This document shows, piece by piece, positions 1 through 9,520 of a stretch of 64,000 nt of DNA. The DNA comes from Candidatus Krakonobacterium acarorum (GTDB taxonomy: Bacteria; Bacteroidota; Bacteroidia; SolTP2). Position 1 is the stretch's first letter; each line of letters begins with the position of its first letter. The translations under genes were made by a program, and so were the position numbers. The stretch spans positions 8,408 to 72,407 of the forward strand of contig JBNOKO010000001.1 of NCBI GenBank assembly GCA_050311575.1, in the 5' to 3' direction. The notes beneath the pieces are model-generated. The model worked only from the letters and a program-made list of their open reading frames with translations. It ran no database searches and had not been told where the DNA came from.

Positions 1-195
1 AAAGCTGTTAAAGGCAATAATGGGGTTTATATCTTCTATACGAATAACAAACAAACAAATAATCAAGACGATATATCATCAAATTTATTACACACTCAGC
101 AAGTTAATTTTAACTTAGAGGTGTTAATAAAAGATATGCTAAAAGTACTTGAAACAAATAGAAAAATTAAAGATAACAGAGTAATGCTTTTATAA
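1..195 (+). CDS. 3' end of an unidentified gene entering the window
   Basis: Frame 1 is open from base 1 to TAA at 193-195 (…KAVKGNNGVYIFYTNNKQTNNQDD…RVMLL*); the stop lies inside a perfect palindrome; product not recognisable. Confidence 0.3.
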   Translation, partial: KAVKGNNGVYIFYTNNKQTNNQDDISSNLLHTQQVNFNLEVLIKDMLKVLETNRKIKDNRVMLL

Positions 196-207
196 AAGCA
201 TTACTCT
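178..207. terminator. Perfect 30-bp palindrome (AGAGTAATGCTTTTA|TAAAAGCATTACTCT) between convergent genes; likely bidirectional transcription terminator hairpin
   Basis: Read directly: 15-nt arms are exact reverse complements; sits between the + strand stop (193-195) and the minus-strand amidase stop (220); no strong T-run so intrinsic-terminator function is inferred. Confidence 0.5.
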
Positions 208-219
208 TGAAACTACAAT

Positions 220-1203
220 TTATTGGCTGCTAGGAGCATATTCTGTAGCCTGCTTTTGTAACTCTGGGTAGTTATCATCTTTAGATGAATTATTATTCTC
301 ATTGTTAAAATCTAAATCAGGCAAAGGTTCTACATTTTGTGGCCCGGTTATAACTGTTGGTATAGATAAGGCTTTTTTAACTAACGAATAAAGTATTCTA
401 TAACATTTGTCGTCAAGTATAGTATTTATAGATTTAGGGGATTGGCGCAAATAATGTTGTTTAAAAGCTTTAATCGTCAATTTTATATTAGCTGTATCAT
501 ACCCAAGTATAGCAAAAGCCCAAACTGGGTCGAAAACAGGCAAATAGGTGGTTTTATTATTTACTTCTCCCTCGTCGTACCAAAGACCGTACCCCTCTTT
601 AGATAACTCTTCCCAAGGGAAATAATGACTTGGGTCTGTTTTTCTACCTGGAGCTACATCTAAATGCCCTATAAAATTTCTTGATGGTATTCTGTAACGT
701 CTTTTTATATCGCTAAGTAGGACTTTAAGTGCCTGAATTTGTTCTTGTGGAAAAGGTTCATATCCCCTATTTATAATCTCTATTCCTATTGAGCTACTAT
801 TTAAATCTCTTATTGTATTCCAAGATCCTATACCTGCGTGCCAAGCGCGATGTTGTTCGTCCACAAGCTGATATATAATACCATCTTTGGTTACTAAATA
901 ATGGGAGCTTACCTGAGATTTTGGACTTGTTAAAGTACGCAGCGAAGGATCTAATAATTTCGTAGCCGTATGATGCAATATAACTAAAGGCGGAGTTTTT
1001 ATTGTACCAAAATTAGGTGATGGATACCAAATAGAGCCTTCCATACCAGATGAATTAGCTGGCCGTGTAACGCTAGCTGGCTTACCAGGTCCAGGCTGCT
1101 GTGAATTATATAGTTTCCTGGTACATGAGGCAATTGTATTTATTATTATTATTAACAATAAATAACGTATAGTTTGTTTAAAAATCATGATAAGAATCGG
1201 CAT
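220..1203 (-). CDS. N-acetylmuramoyl-L-alanine amidase (amidase_2/AmpD-PGRP fold), probable lipoprotein
   Basis: Motifs HHTA…AWHAG…IGIEIINRG…GHLDVAPGRKTDP typical of the amidase_2 family; N-terminal hydrophobic segment ending …TIASC (lipobox-like). Confidence 0.75.
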   Translation of the reverse strand: MPILIMIFKQTIRYLLLIIIINTIASCTRKLYNSQQPGPGKPASVTRPANSSGMEGSIWYPSPNFGTIKTPPLVILHHTATKLLDPSLRTLTSPKSQVSSHYLVTKDGIIYQLVDEQHRAWHAGIGSWNTIRDLNSSSIGIEIINRGYEPFPQEQIQALKVLLSDIKRRYRIPSRNFIGHLDVAPGRKTDPSHYFPWEELSKEGYGLWYDEGEVNNKTTYLPVFDPVWAFAILGYDTANIKLTIKAFKQHYLRQSPKSINTILDDKCYRILYSLVKKALSIPTVITGPQNVEPLPDLDFNNENNNSSKDDNYPELQKQATEYAPSSQ

Positions 1204-1227
1204 TAGTTTAGTATAATTGTTTTATTT

Positions 1228-2634
1228 TCATAACCAACCTAAAATATATAACCAAATATATCCTATAGTTAGCCATAGTATTAAATTAAAAGTACAGACA
1301 ATAAAGCCTACTTTCCACCACTCTTTTACAGAAAAATAATTTGCACTAAAATAAATAGGAGCAGTATTTATACCATAATGTGTAAGCCCGCCAGATAAAT
1401 TAGCTAAGGATGCTAATGCAAGCGCGGCTACTAAAGGATTTACTCCCATACTTATAATTAGGAGAACAAAAGTGGTATACATAACTGTAGCATGAGCAGT
1501 TACACTAGCAAAGAAGTAGTGAATATAGAAAAATAATAGTATTAATATAATAACTATCGTATAACCAGTTCTATGCCCTATTAAAATGCTTATTTCATCT
1601 TTTAGCCAATTTATAATTCCATATTCAGATAGTTTCGTAGCTATCATTAATAATGTGGCAAACCACATAACGGTTTCCCAAACACCTTTATCGTTAACGC
1701 ACTCTTTCCAATTAGCTATACCTGTAACTAATAATATAGAAAACCCTAATAAAGCGGTTACCGTAGCATTAAAATTAAAAGGCGAAGGCAAGCTAGGCCC
1801 TGCAACCCATAGAAAGAGCATGAATACGAATGTTGCCAGCATAATTTTTTCACTATGCTTCATTTTGCCCATATCTTTTAAAACTTGTTTTGCTCTTAAA
1901 GGTATTTCGTGGCTGCTTTGCCTTTCCGGCTTCAATATAATATATAATAGCCATGGTAATAATGCCAAGTTTATTATTCCTGGTACTATAGCAAAAGTGG
2001 CCCAGGTAAGCCAGGTTAATTCTATACCAACTGATCGCGCTAAATCTGCTATTAAACTGTTTCCCGCCATAGCAGTAAGAAAAATAGCACATGTTATTAC
2101 ATTAGTGTGAAAGCATAAACTAATTAAAAATCTAGATGTTTTTAGTAATGGTTTATCCAGATTCATATAAACAGAAGCTAAAGAATTTACTACAGGAAAC
2201 ATTATACCACCCCCTCGAGCAGTAGTGCTAGGTATCATAGGAGATAGTATTAGCTCTGTTATTATTAAACTATAGGCTAAACCAAAAGAATTTTTACCAA
2301 ATTTGCTTATAAGTAAATAGGCTATTCTCTCGCCCAGACCGCTTAAAACTAAAGTTCTAGCTATAAAAAAAGCGGCTATAATGAGCCATGTAGTATGGGA
2401 GCTAAAACCACTAAGTGCGTCCTTTAAACTTAAGGTATTTGTTATAACGCATACAGTTAACGACAGAAAAGCTATGGCACCCATAGCTAATGCATTACTT
2501 ACAATACCAAGTATAGTTACTATAAATATTACTAATAAATGCCAAGATTTTTTATCCAGAGATTCTACAGGTAAAAACCATAAGATAATTCCTAAGATTA
2601 TTAATATTAGAAGTTTATAATTGAATTTTAACAT
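1228..2634 (-). CDS. Polytopic membrane permease (ArsB/NhaD-DASS anion permease superfamily-like)
   Basis: 468 aa, ~12 predicted TM helices, glycine-rich re-entrant-like motifs (GGGIMFPVVNS, LSGGLTHYGIN); family assignment by resemblance only. Confidence 0.45.
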   Translation of the reverse strand: MLKFNYKLLILIILGIILWFLPVESLDKKSWHLLVIFIVTILGIVSNALAMGAIAFLSLTVCVITNTLSLKDALSGFSSHTTWLIIAAFFIARTLVLSGLGERIAYLLISKFGKNSFGLAYSLIITELILSPMIPSTTARGGGIMFPVVNSLASVYMNLDKPLLKTSRFLISLCFHTNVITCAIFLTAMAGNSLIADLARSVGIELTWLTWATFAIVPGIINLALLPWLLYIILKPERQSSHEIPLRAKQVLKDMGKMKHSEKIMLATFVFMLFLWVAGPSLPSPFNFNATVTALLGFSILLVTGIANWKECVNDKGVWETVMWFATLLMIATKLSEYGIINWLKDEISILIGHRTGYTIVIILILLFFYIHYFFASVTAHATVMYTTFVLLIISMGVNPLVAALALASLANLSGGLTHYGINTAPIYFSANYFSVKEWWKVGFIVCTFNLILWLTIGYIWLYILGWL

Positions 2635-2759
2635 TATTATTTAATTACTGTTAGTAGCTTATTTAATAACTTAAATAAGTTAGCGTATATCAGTTTATAT
2701 GAATATGAAATTGGGAAACAATTTTAATATAATAAATACTTAGCTATAATGCTATAGGA

Positions 2760-5567
2760 TTATTTATTTTTTCTAAAATTAAATCCGGAAGTGTTTAATA
2801 TTTTATATAAATCTTCAGATTTTTTTGCAAATAATATAGCTTCTCCTGTAGATTTCATCTCTGGTCCTAAATTTGTATTTATCCCAGGGAATTTATCAAA
2901 AGAGAAAACAGGAATCTTTATTGAATACGGCTCTATAGTATCGTAAGCATCCAAATCAGTTATTTTTGCTGATCCAAGCATCATTTTTATAGCAATATTG
3001 ACATATGGTGCCCCTTTAGCTTTAGAAATAAAAGGAACCGTACGCGATACTCTGGGGTTAGCCTCTATTACATACACCTTGTCTTGTTCTATAGCAAATT
3101 GAATATTTATAAAACCCACTATATTTAATGCTTTAGTTATTATTATAGAGTATTCCTTTATTGTATCTAGTACTTCTTTTGATAAGCTATAGCTGGGCAA
3201 TACTGAGATTGAGTCTCCAGAGTGCACACCAGCTTCTTCAAAGTGCTCCATTATCCCAATAATCTTACAAGTACTGCCATCGGATATTATATCTACCTCT
3301 GCTTCTTTAGCCCCTTTTATAAATTTATCTATTAATATACCTTCACTAATGCTATTAGGCGATATATTACTAATTGTATCCTTTAATTCTTTATTATTAT
3401 TTATAATCTTAACCCCGGCCCCTCCTATGACATAGTTGGGACGTAATAAAACAGGATACCCTATTTTATTAGCAATACATTCAGCTTCATTAGCTGATCG
3501 TATAATACCATATTGAGGATATAAAATATTGTTTTCTTGTAATAACTGAGAGAATAAACCTCTATTTTCGGCTAAATCTATAGCTTTAAAGTTAGAACCA
3601 AGAACTTTTATCCCGCAACGATATAATTTTTCTGCAAATTTTATGGAAGTTTGACCGCCCATGCCGATTATCACAAAATCAGGGTTTTCAAGTTTTATTA
3701 TGTCTATTATGTATTCCCAGCATAATGGCTCAAAGTATAATTTATCTGCAATGTTAAAGTCAGTAGAAACCGTTTCCGGGTTACAGTTAATCATTATTGT
3801 TTCGTAACCAGCATCACGAGCTCCAAATATAGTATGTACACAAGCGTAGTCGAACTCTATGCCCTGACCTATGCGATTTGGGCCGGAACCAAGTATAACC
3901 ACTTTCTTATTTTTAGACGGTACAGATTCATTTTCCTTATCAAAACTAGAGTAATAATATGGAGTATCCACACTGAACTCTGCTGCGCATGAATCTACCA
4001 TTTTATATGTGCGCCTAATACCCTGCTTCTCTAAATATGATTCTATGTCGCTTTCTGTAGATTTTAATAGTTTTGCAAGTACAGCATTTGAATATCCATT
4101 AGATTTAGCTTCTTTTAACAATTTTATAGGAACATCAGATAGGTTATACTCTTTGATTTCTTTATCCAGGATAGATAATTTTTCTATTTGCTTTAAAAAC
4201 CATTTATCTATTTTAGTTAAGTCGTGTATTTGCTCTACAGATATGCCTTTATCTAGCGCTTGTTTAATATATAAGAATCTATCATTGCTAGCATCCCTCA
4301 GGTTTTTAAGGATTGTCTCTTTATCATGATCAATAATATTATATAAGCCTAGTTCCGATATTTCTAACGATTGAAAAGCTTTTTGTAGCGCCTCATTAAA
4401 AGTTCTACCTATCGCCATTACTTCGCCAATGGATTTCATTTGCAGTCCAAGGGTTTTATCCGCATCAGGGAATTTATTAAAGTCCCATCTGGGAATTTTT
4501 ACTACTACATAATCGATAGTTGGTTCAAAGTAAGCACTTGTATTATTTGTAATTTGGTTATTTAGTTCGTCAAGAGTATATCCTATAGCCAGCTTAGCTG
4601 CTATTTTTGCTATGGGGTAACCAGTTGCTTTAGAAGCTAAAGCCGAAGATCTAGATACCCTGGGGTTCATTTCTATTACGATTATTTCTTCGGTTTCTGG
4701 ATCTATGGCAAACTGTACATTGCACCCGCCACTAAAGTTACCAATAGCTTTTACTAGTTTTATAGCTATATCTCGCATATTTTGATATACGGTGTCGCTA
4801 ATAGTAAGCGTAGGGGCAGTAGTTATTGAATCTCCAGTGTGTATACCTATAGGATCAACATTTTCTATAGGGCAAATTACTACAGTATTATTTTCTTTAT
4901 CGCGTAATAATTCAAGTTCAAATTCTTTCCATCCTATCAATGCTTCCTCTATCATCGCTTCGCGAGCTGGTGATACGTCAAGCGCATTTCTAAGTGAGCT
5001 TTCAAAATAACTAATATCTTTTACAAAAGCACCACCTGCACCTCCCAGAGTATATGATGATCGTAGAACTAAAGGAAATCCTATTTCTTTAACAAATGCT
5101 AAGCCATCTTCTATGCTGTGTACTGCTTGTGAACGTGGAGTTTTAAGATTTAGAGAAGTTAGCAACTGCCTAAATTTCTCTCTGTCTTCAGTATTATCTA
5201 TAACGTCTATGTCAACCCCTATAATTTCTACATTATATTTATTCCATAAACCTAGCTCGTAAGCTTCTTTACACAAGTTTAAAGCGGTTTGGCCTCCTAC
5301 AGTGGGTAGCACTGCATCAATTTTATGTTTTTTAAGTATTTGCTCTAAACTTTCAATTGTTAAAGGAAGTAAATAAACTTTATCCGCAACTATTTCATCA
5401 GTCATGATAGTTGCAGGATTTGAATTTATAACTATAGTGGATATACCCTCTTCTTTAAGAGACATTAAAGCTTGAGAACCGGAATAATCAAATTCACACG
5501 ATTGACCTATAATTATAGGTCCGGATCCAATTACTAATACTGTATTTATATTGCTATTATGAGGCAT
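2760..5567 (-). CDS. carB: Carbamoyl-phosphate synthase large subunit (CarB), lacking the C-terminal MGS-like allosteric domain
   Basis: Two ATP-grasp halves (GSGPIIIGQSCEFDYSG… and GSGPNRIGQGIEFDY…), oligomerisation region, ends right after …GPEMKSTGE…; ORF first Met at 5597 but the conserved start MPHNS…VLVIGSGP is at 5567. Confidence 0.9.
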   Translation of the reverse strand: MPHNSNINTVLVIGSGPIIIGQSCEFDYSGSQALMSLKEEGISTIVINSNPATIMTDEIVADKVYLLPLTIESLEQILKKHKIDAVLPTVGGQTALNLCKEAYELGLWNKYNVEIIGVDIDVIDNTEDREKFRQLLTSLNLKTPRSQAVHSIEDGLAFVKEIGFPLVLRSSYTLGGAGGAFVKDISYFESSLRNALDVSPAREAMIEEALIGWKEFELELLRDKENNTVVICPIENVDPIGIHTGDSITTAPTLTISDTVYQNMRDIAIKLVKAIGNFSGGCNVQFAIDPETEEIIVIEMNPRVSRSSALASKATGYPIAKIAAKLAIGYTLDELNNQITNNTSAYFEPTIDYVVVKIPRWDFNKFPDADKTLGLQMKSIGEVMAIGRTFNEALQKAFQSLEISELGLYNIIDHDKETILKNLRDASNDRFLYIKQALDKGISVEQIHDLTKIDKWFLKQIEKLSILDKEIKEYNLSDVPIKLLKEAKSNGYSNAVLAKLLKSTESDIESYLEKQGIRRTYKMVDSCAAEFSVDTPYYYSSFDKENESVPSKNKKVVILGSGPNRIGQGIEFDYACVHTIFGARDAGYETIMINCNPETVSTDFNIADKLYFEPLCWEYIIDIIKLENPDFVIIGMGGQTSIKFAEKLYRCGIKVLGSNFKAIDLAENRGLFSQLLQENNILYPQYGIIRSANEAECIANKIGYPVLLRPNYVIGGAGVKIINNNKELKDTISNISPNSISEGILIDKFIKGAKEAEVDIISDGSTCKIIGIMEHFEEAGVHSGDSISVLPSYSLSKEVLDTIKEYSIIITKALNIVGFINIQFAIEQDKVYVIEANPRVSRTVPFISKAKGAPYVNIAIKMMLGSAKITDLDAYDTIEPYSIKIPVFSFDKFPGINTNLGPEMKSTGEAILFAKKSEDLYKILNTSGFNFRKNK

Positions 5568-5901
5568 ATTCCGCAAAAGAAAAGAAAATCGGATCAAGAT
5601 AGTTATTTTTGGCTATTTTTTATTATTATTTATAAAAATTTATTGCATGTAATATTATATTTTCCAAATAATAGCTCCACAATATTTATAGAACTATTAC
5701 AGTATTGAAATGTAAGTCTGAGTTGCCATAATTATTGTAAGTTAAGAGTGGATTTCTATAGTCCAATATTTGAATTGTCAGGCTAGTCGGAGCTGACCCA
5801 CAATTATAAAGGCTCAACGGGTGATTGAATTAATGTAAATTGGAGTTATATATTAGTACTAAATTTTATATTGATGCCTTTGTTCAATAGTATAATATTA
5901 G

Positions 5902-7227
5902 TCAATTATCATTGAATTCAATTTCAATAATATGTTGCGTGTTCCTTAAAATTTTATATTTATCGCTTATTACGTGTCCAACTAACCATATTATATCAGC
6001 ATTATACGTTAATACCATAGTTTTTTGTTTTGATATTAAATTAACTTTTCTGTCAGTTAGTATATCGCTTATGTTTTTTTGCTTGCTCATTCCAAGAGGA
6101 GTCATTCTATCGGCATTCTGCCAGTATCTTAGCTGTACATTACCTGTCAACTTATTTGCATCTAAATAAGCAATATTAGGATTACTATTTTTATAAATTT
6201 TATTTAATAGATCGGGGGTTAAGTCTATTTTCCTTAAACTAATGTAGTCTTTAGGGTTTATATGGACATCTTTATGTGTTAAAGCTTGTTGTTTAATTAT
6301 AATTTTAGAACGAGATTTAATTATGTCATACTTATCTATCTTAAATTCTCTAGTTTCATTATGGTTTAAGCTCTGTATAAGATTATCCAATATTGTTCTA
6401 TTAATACCGAAGGGTTTAAGTATTTCATATAAAATAAGATTGTAATCTATAGTATTTTTAAGATCGCTTATCTCGATATATTGGTAATTCTCATAGTTTC
6501 TTAATAATTGTAGTTTTTGTGTGTCGATATAGTTTTTTAAAATAATTTCTTGATCGTATAAGTTTCTAGATGTACCAACAAATGCTTCAATAAAATTTTC
6601 ATCTACTTTGTTAAAATTTGGTATTATATATTTTCGAATGCGATTCCTTAGGTATTTATCGCTATTATTACTTTTATCTTCTCTAAAAGGTATATTATTT
6701 AATTCTACTAATTGATTTAGTTCATTTGAATCAAAACTTAATAACGGTCTGATTATTTTATTATTTTTAGGCAGAAATCCTTTTAATCCGTATAAACCCG
6801 TATGCCTTAAAATATTTATAAGCATTGTCTCAACTAAATCGTTTTTATGATGAGCTGTAGCGACATACTTATATGAATATTTATCTAATAAATATAGAAA
6901 CCATGTATATCTTAATTTTCTAGCTGCCTCCTGTATAGATATCCTATACTCTTTAGCGTATTCTATGGTTTGAAAACGCTTTGTAAAAAAAGGCACCTGG
7001 TATTCTGCTGCTAATTTTTCTACGAATTCTTCGTCTTTAAGAGAGTCCTCTTCTCTAAGCATAAAATTGCAATGAGCTATAGCAAAATTTAATTTTAGTG
7101 CTTTAAATAAATAAGACATAACTGCCGAGTCCCTACCCCCGCTAACAGCCAGTAATATTTTGTCATCGTAATGGAACAAATTATTATCCTTAATGAACCT
7201 AATAAACTTATCTATATACACGGCCAA
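5902..7227 (-). CDS. tilS: tRNA(Ile)-lysidine synthetase
   Basis: PP-loop motif LLAVSGGRDSAV near the N-terminus; 441 aa typical of TilS. Confidence 0.85.
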   Translation of the reverse strand: MAVYIDKFIRFIKDNNLFHYDDKILLAVSGGRDSAVMSYLFKALKLNFAIAHCNFMLREEDSLKDEEFVEKLAAEYQVPFFTKRFQTIEYAKEYRISIQEAARKLRYTWFLYLLDKYSYKYVATAHHKNDLVETMLINILRHTGLYGLKGFLPKNNKIIRPLLSFDSNELNQLVELNNIPFREDKSNNSDKYLRNRIRKYIIPNFNKVDENFIEAFVGTSRNLYDQEIILKNYIDTQKLQLLRNYENYQYIEISDLKNTIDYNLILYEILKPFGINRTILDNLIQSLNHNETREFKIDKYDIIKSRSKIIIKQQALTHKDVHINPKDYISLRKIDLTPDLLNKIYKNSNPNIAYLDANKLTGNVQLRYWQNADRMTPLGMSKQKNISDILTDRKVNLISKQKTMVLTYNADIIWLVGHVISDKYKILRNTQHIIEIEFNDN

Positions 7228-7289
7228 GCATTAATTAAAAATTGTTAATATATAAATTATTAAATTTTACACAATAAAGCTTAAATTGA

Positions 7290-8468
7290 ATGATACTTAA
7301 TACAGAACATAATAAAAATATGGATAAGTTAAGAACAAACCTACTTAAGCTGGGAATTTTAGGTGGTGGACAATTGGGGCGTATGTTAACTCAATCGGCT
7401 ATGGATTATAGCTTTGAGTCTGTCGATATTTTAGATCATAGTATAGATTCTCCTTGTAATATTTTCAGTAATCTTCAGATAGGCGATATTAAAGACTTCG
7501 ATAGTGTATACAACTTCGGGAAAAACAAGAATATAATTACTATAGAAATAGAGAACGTTAATACAGATGCCTTAAAAAAATTGCAAAAAGAAGGTAAAAA
7601 AATATTCCCACAACCAGAAGTCATAGAAATCATTAAAAATAAGGCCTTACAAAAACAATTTTATGCAGAAAATAATATTCCCACTGCTAATTTTTACGTT
7701 GTAGATTCAGACAAAGAAATAATCAATTATAAAGATAACTTTCCCCTGGTTCAAAAAAGTCAACTTGCGGGATACGATGGCAAAGGGGTGTATGTTATTA
7801 AAGATAAAGATGATATAGACAATTGTTTAAAAGTTCCTTCAATATTGGAGGAAATGGTAGCCATTAAACAAGAACTATCGATAATAGTAGCCAGATCTAT
7901 AGATGGTCAGGTAAAAATGTATCCAATAGTTGAAATGCATTTTAATAAAGAATCTAATCTATTAGAATATCTAGTAAGTCCGGCTAATATTAGCATATCA
8001 ATAAATAATAAAATTACAGAATTAGCAAAAAGATTAGCCTCTCTGTTGCAAATAGTTGGGATTTTCGCAATAGAACTGTTTGTTACGAAGAATGATGAAA
8101 TATTAGTTAACGAGATTGCGCCTCGAGTTCACAACAGTGGACATCATACAAAAGGTGGCTTTATAAGTTCTCAGTTTGATTCACATATAAGGGCTATAAG
8201 CGGCCTGCCTATTAACGATATGCAACCAATTTATAAATATTGCGGTATGGTAAATATTTTAGGGGGAAAAGGTTATAGTGGATTACCTGTATATAACGGC
8301 ATGTACAAATTGCTAGAATATAATAATATAGCTTTGACTCTATATGGAAAAACTAAAACTTCTCCATATAGAAAATTGGGCCATATTTCTATATTTGATA
8401 ACGACCAAGATAGTTTTATTAATACAGTTGATGCTGTACTGAAAACAACAAATGTAACATCTATATAA
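7290..8468 (+). CDS. purK: N5-carboxyaminoimidazole ribonucleotide synthase (ATP-grasp)
   Basis: LGILGGGQLGRM N-terminal motif and ATP-grasp core; internal Met at 7320 (MDKLRTN…) is an alternative start; stop overlaps the purE start (TAAATG). Confidence 0.85.
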   Translation: MILNTEHNKNMDKLRTNLLKLGILGGGQLGRMLTQSAMDYSFESVDILDHSIDSPCNIFSNLQIGDIKDFDSVYNFGKNKNIITIEIENVNTDALKKLQKEGKKIFPQPEVIEIIKNKALQKQFYAENNIPTANFYVVDSDKEIINYKDNFPLVQKSQLAGYDGKGVYVIKDKDDIDNCLKVPSILEEMVAIKQELSIIVARSIDGQVKMYPIVEMHFNKESNLLEYLVSPANISISINNKITELAKRLASLLQIVGIFAIELFVTKNDEILVNEIAPRVHNSGHHTKGGFISSQFDSHIRAISGLPINDMQPIYKYCGMVNILGGKGYSGLPVYNGMYKLLEYNNIALTLYGKTKTSPYRKLGHISIFDNDQDSFINTVDAVLKTTNVTSI

Positions 8469-8969
8469 ATGAATAATAATCCAGAAATAGGTATTATTGT
8501 AGGAAGTAAATCGGATTTACCTATAATATCGCAAGCAGAAGAATTATTAAAAAAATGTAATATTCCTTATTTATTAAATATAGTGTCAGCACACAGAACA
8601 CCTGATAAGATGTATGAATATGCTAAAGATGCTCATAAAAAAGGGGTAAAAGTGATTATAGCAGGCGCAGGTGGTGCAGCACATTTACCTGGAATGGTCG
8701 CGTCAATAACTCCTTTACCAGTAATTGGGGTTCCAATATTATCTGGCAACTCTCTTATCGGGTTAGATTCGATATTATCTATACTACAAATGCCTAAAGG
8801 TGTCCCTGTTGCCACAGTAGCCCTCAATAATGCTTACAATGCAGCTTTATTAGCTATTAAAATATTAGCAACTTATAACTATGCCTATTTGGATAAAGTA
8901 ATATCTATACAGAAAGAATTAAAAAAAATGGTTACTGACGATGATAATAATTTATCAAATAATCAATAA
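8469..8969 (+). CDS. purE: N5-CAIR mutase
   Basis: IGIIVGSKSDLPI…AHRTP…IIAGAGGAAHLPGMVAS signature. Confidence 0.9.
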   Translation: MNNNPEIGIIVGSKSDLPIISQAEELLKKCNIPYLLNIVSAHRTPDKMYEYAKDAHKKGVKVIIAGAGGAAHLPGMVASITPLPVIGVPILSGNSLIGLDSILSILQMPKGVPVATVALNNAYNAALLAIKILATYNYAYLDKVISIQKELKKMVTDDDNNLSNNQ

Positions 8970-8971
8970 GG

Positions 8972-9508
8972 TTACCAGTTATTACGCCACATCATGGAAC
9001 CTACAGGTAAATGGCTCTTTACATTGTATTTAGCGCCTGTTTTATTAGAATATTTAACGTTTACTTCGCCTTTTACTTCATAATAAATTAACTGCCCTAT
9101 AGGCATACCCTCATAAATTATTACAGGTTGCTTGCAAGAAATCTCTAAAGTCCAATGGTTGCAGAAGCCAACATCTCCCTTTCCAGCTGTAGCATGTATA
9201 TCTATACCCAATCTCCCTGTGCTGGATTTACCCTCTAAAAAAGGCACATGCATATGAGTTTCTGTATATTCAATAGTTGAACCTAAATATAATTTATTAG
9301 GTTCAAGCATAAATCCATCAATAGGAATTGTAAAATGTACTATATCGTTGTCTTTCTTGGCATCTAGCATATCATTTTTATAATAAGCCAAATATTTACT
9401 AAGATGAACGTCATAAGAATTAGCACCTAAAGAGTTTTTATCAAAAGGGCTTATAATGATATTGCCCTTTTGGATTTCAAGTAATATCTCTTTATCTGAC
9501 AGTATCAT
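8972..9508 (-). CDS. dcd: dCTP deaminase
   Basis: 178 aa; N-terminal MILSDKEILLEI…IISPF and the dUTPase-like jelly-roll pattern typical of Dcd; 12 bp downstream of rpoC. Confidence 0.8.
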   Translation of the reverse strand: MILSDKEILLEIQKGNIIISPFDKNSLGANSYDVHLSKYLAYYKNDMLDAKKDNDIVHFTIPIDGFMLEPNKLYLGSTIEYTETHMHVPFLEGKSSTGRLGIDIHATAGKGDVGFCNHWTLEISCKQPVIIYEGMPIGQLIYYEVKGEVNVKYSNKTGAKYNVKSHLPVGSMMWRNNW

Positions 9509-9520
9509 AACCCGACTTTG

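Noticed and set aside
1586-2110. 174-aa plus-strand ORF (and 1853-2092, 2381-2620) inside the permease gene
   Set aside because: Antisense to a well-supported membrane transporter ORF; low-complexity translations; typical shadow ORFs in AT-rich DNA.
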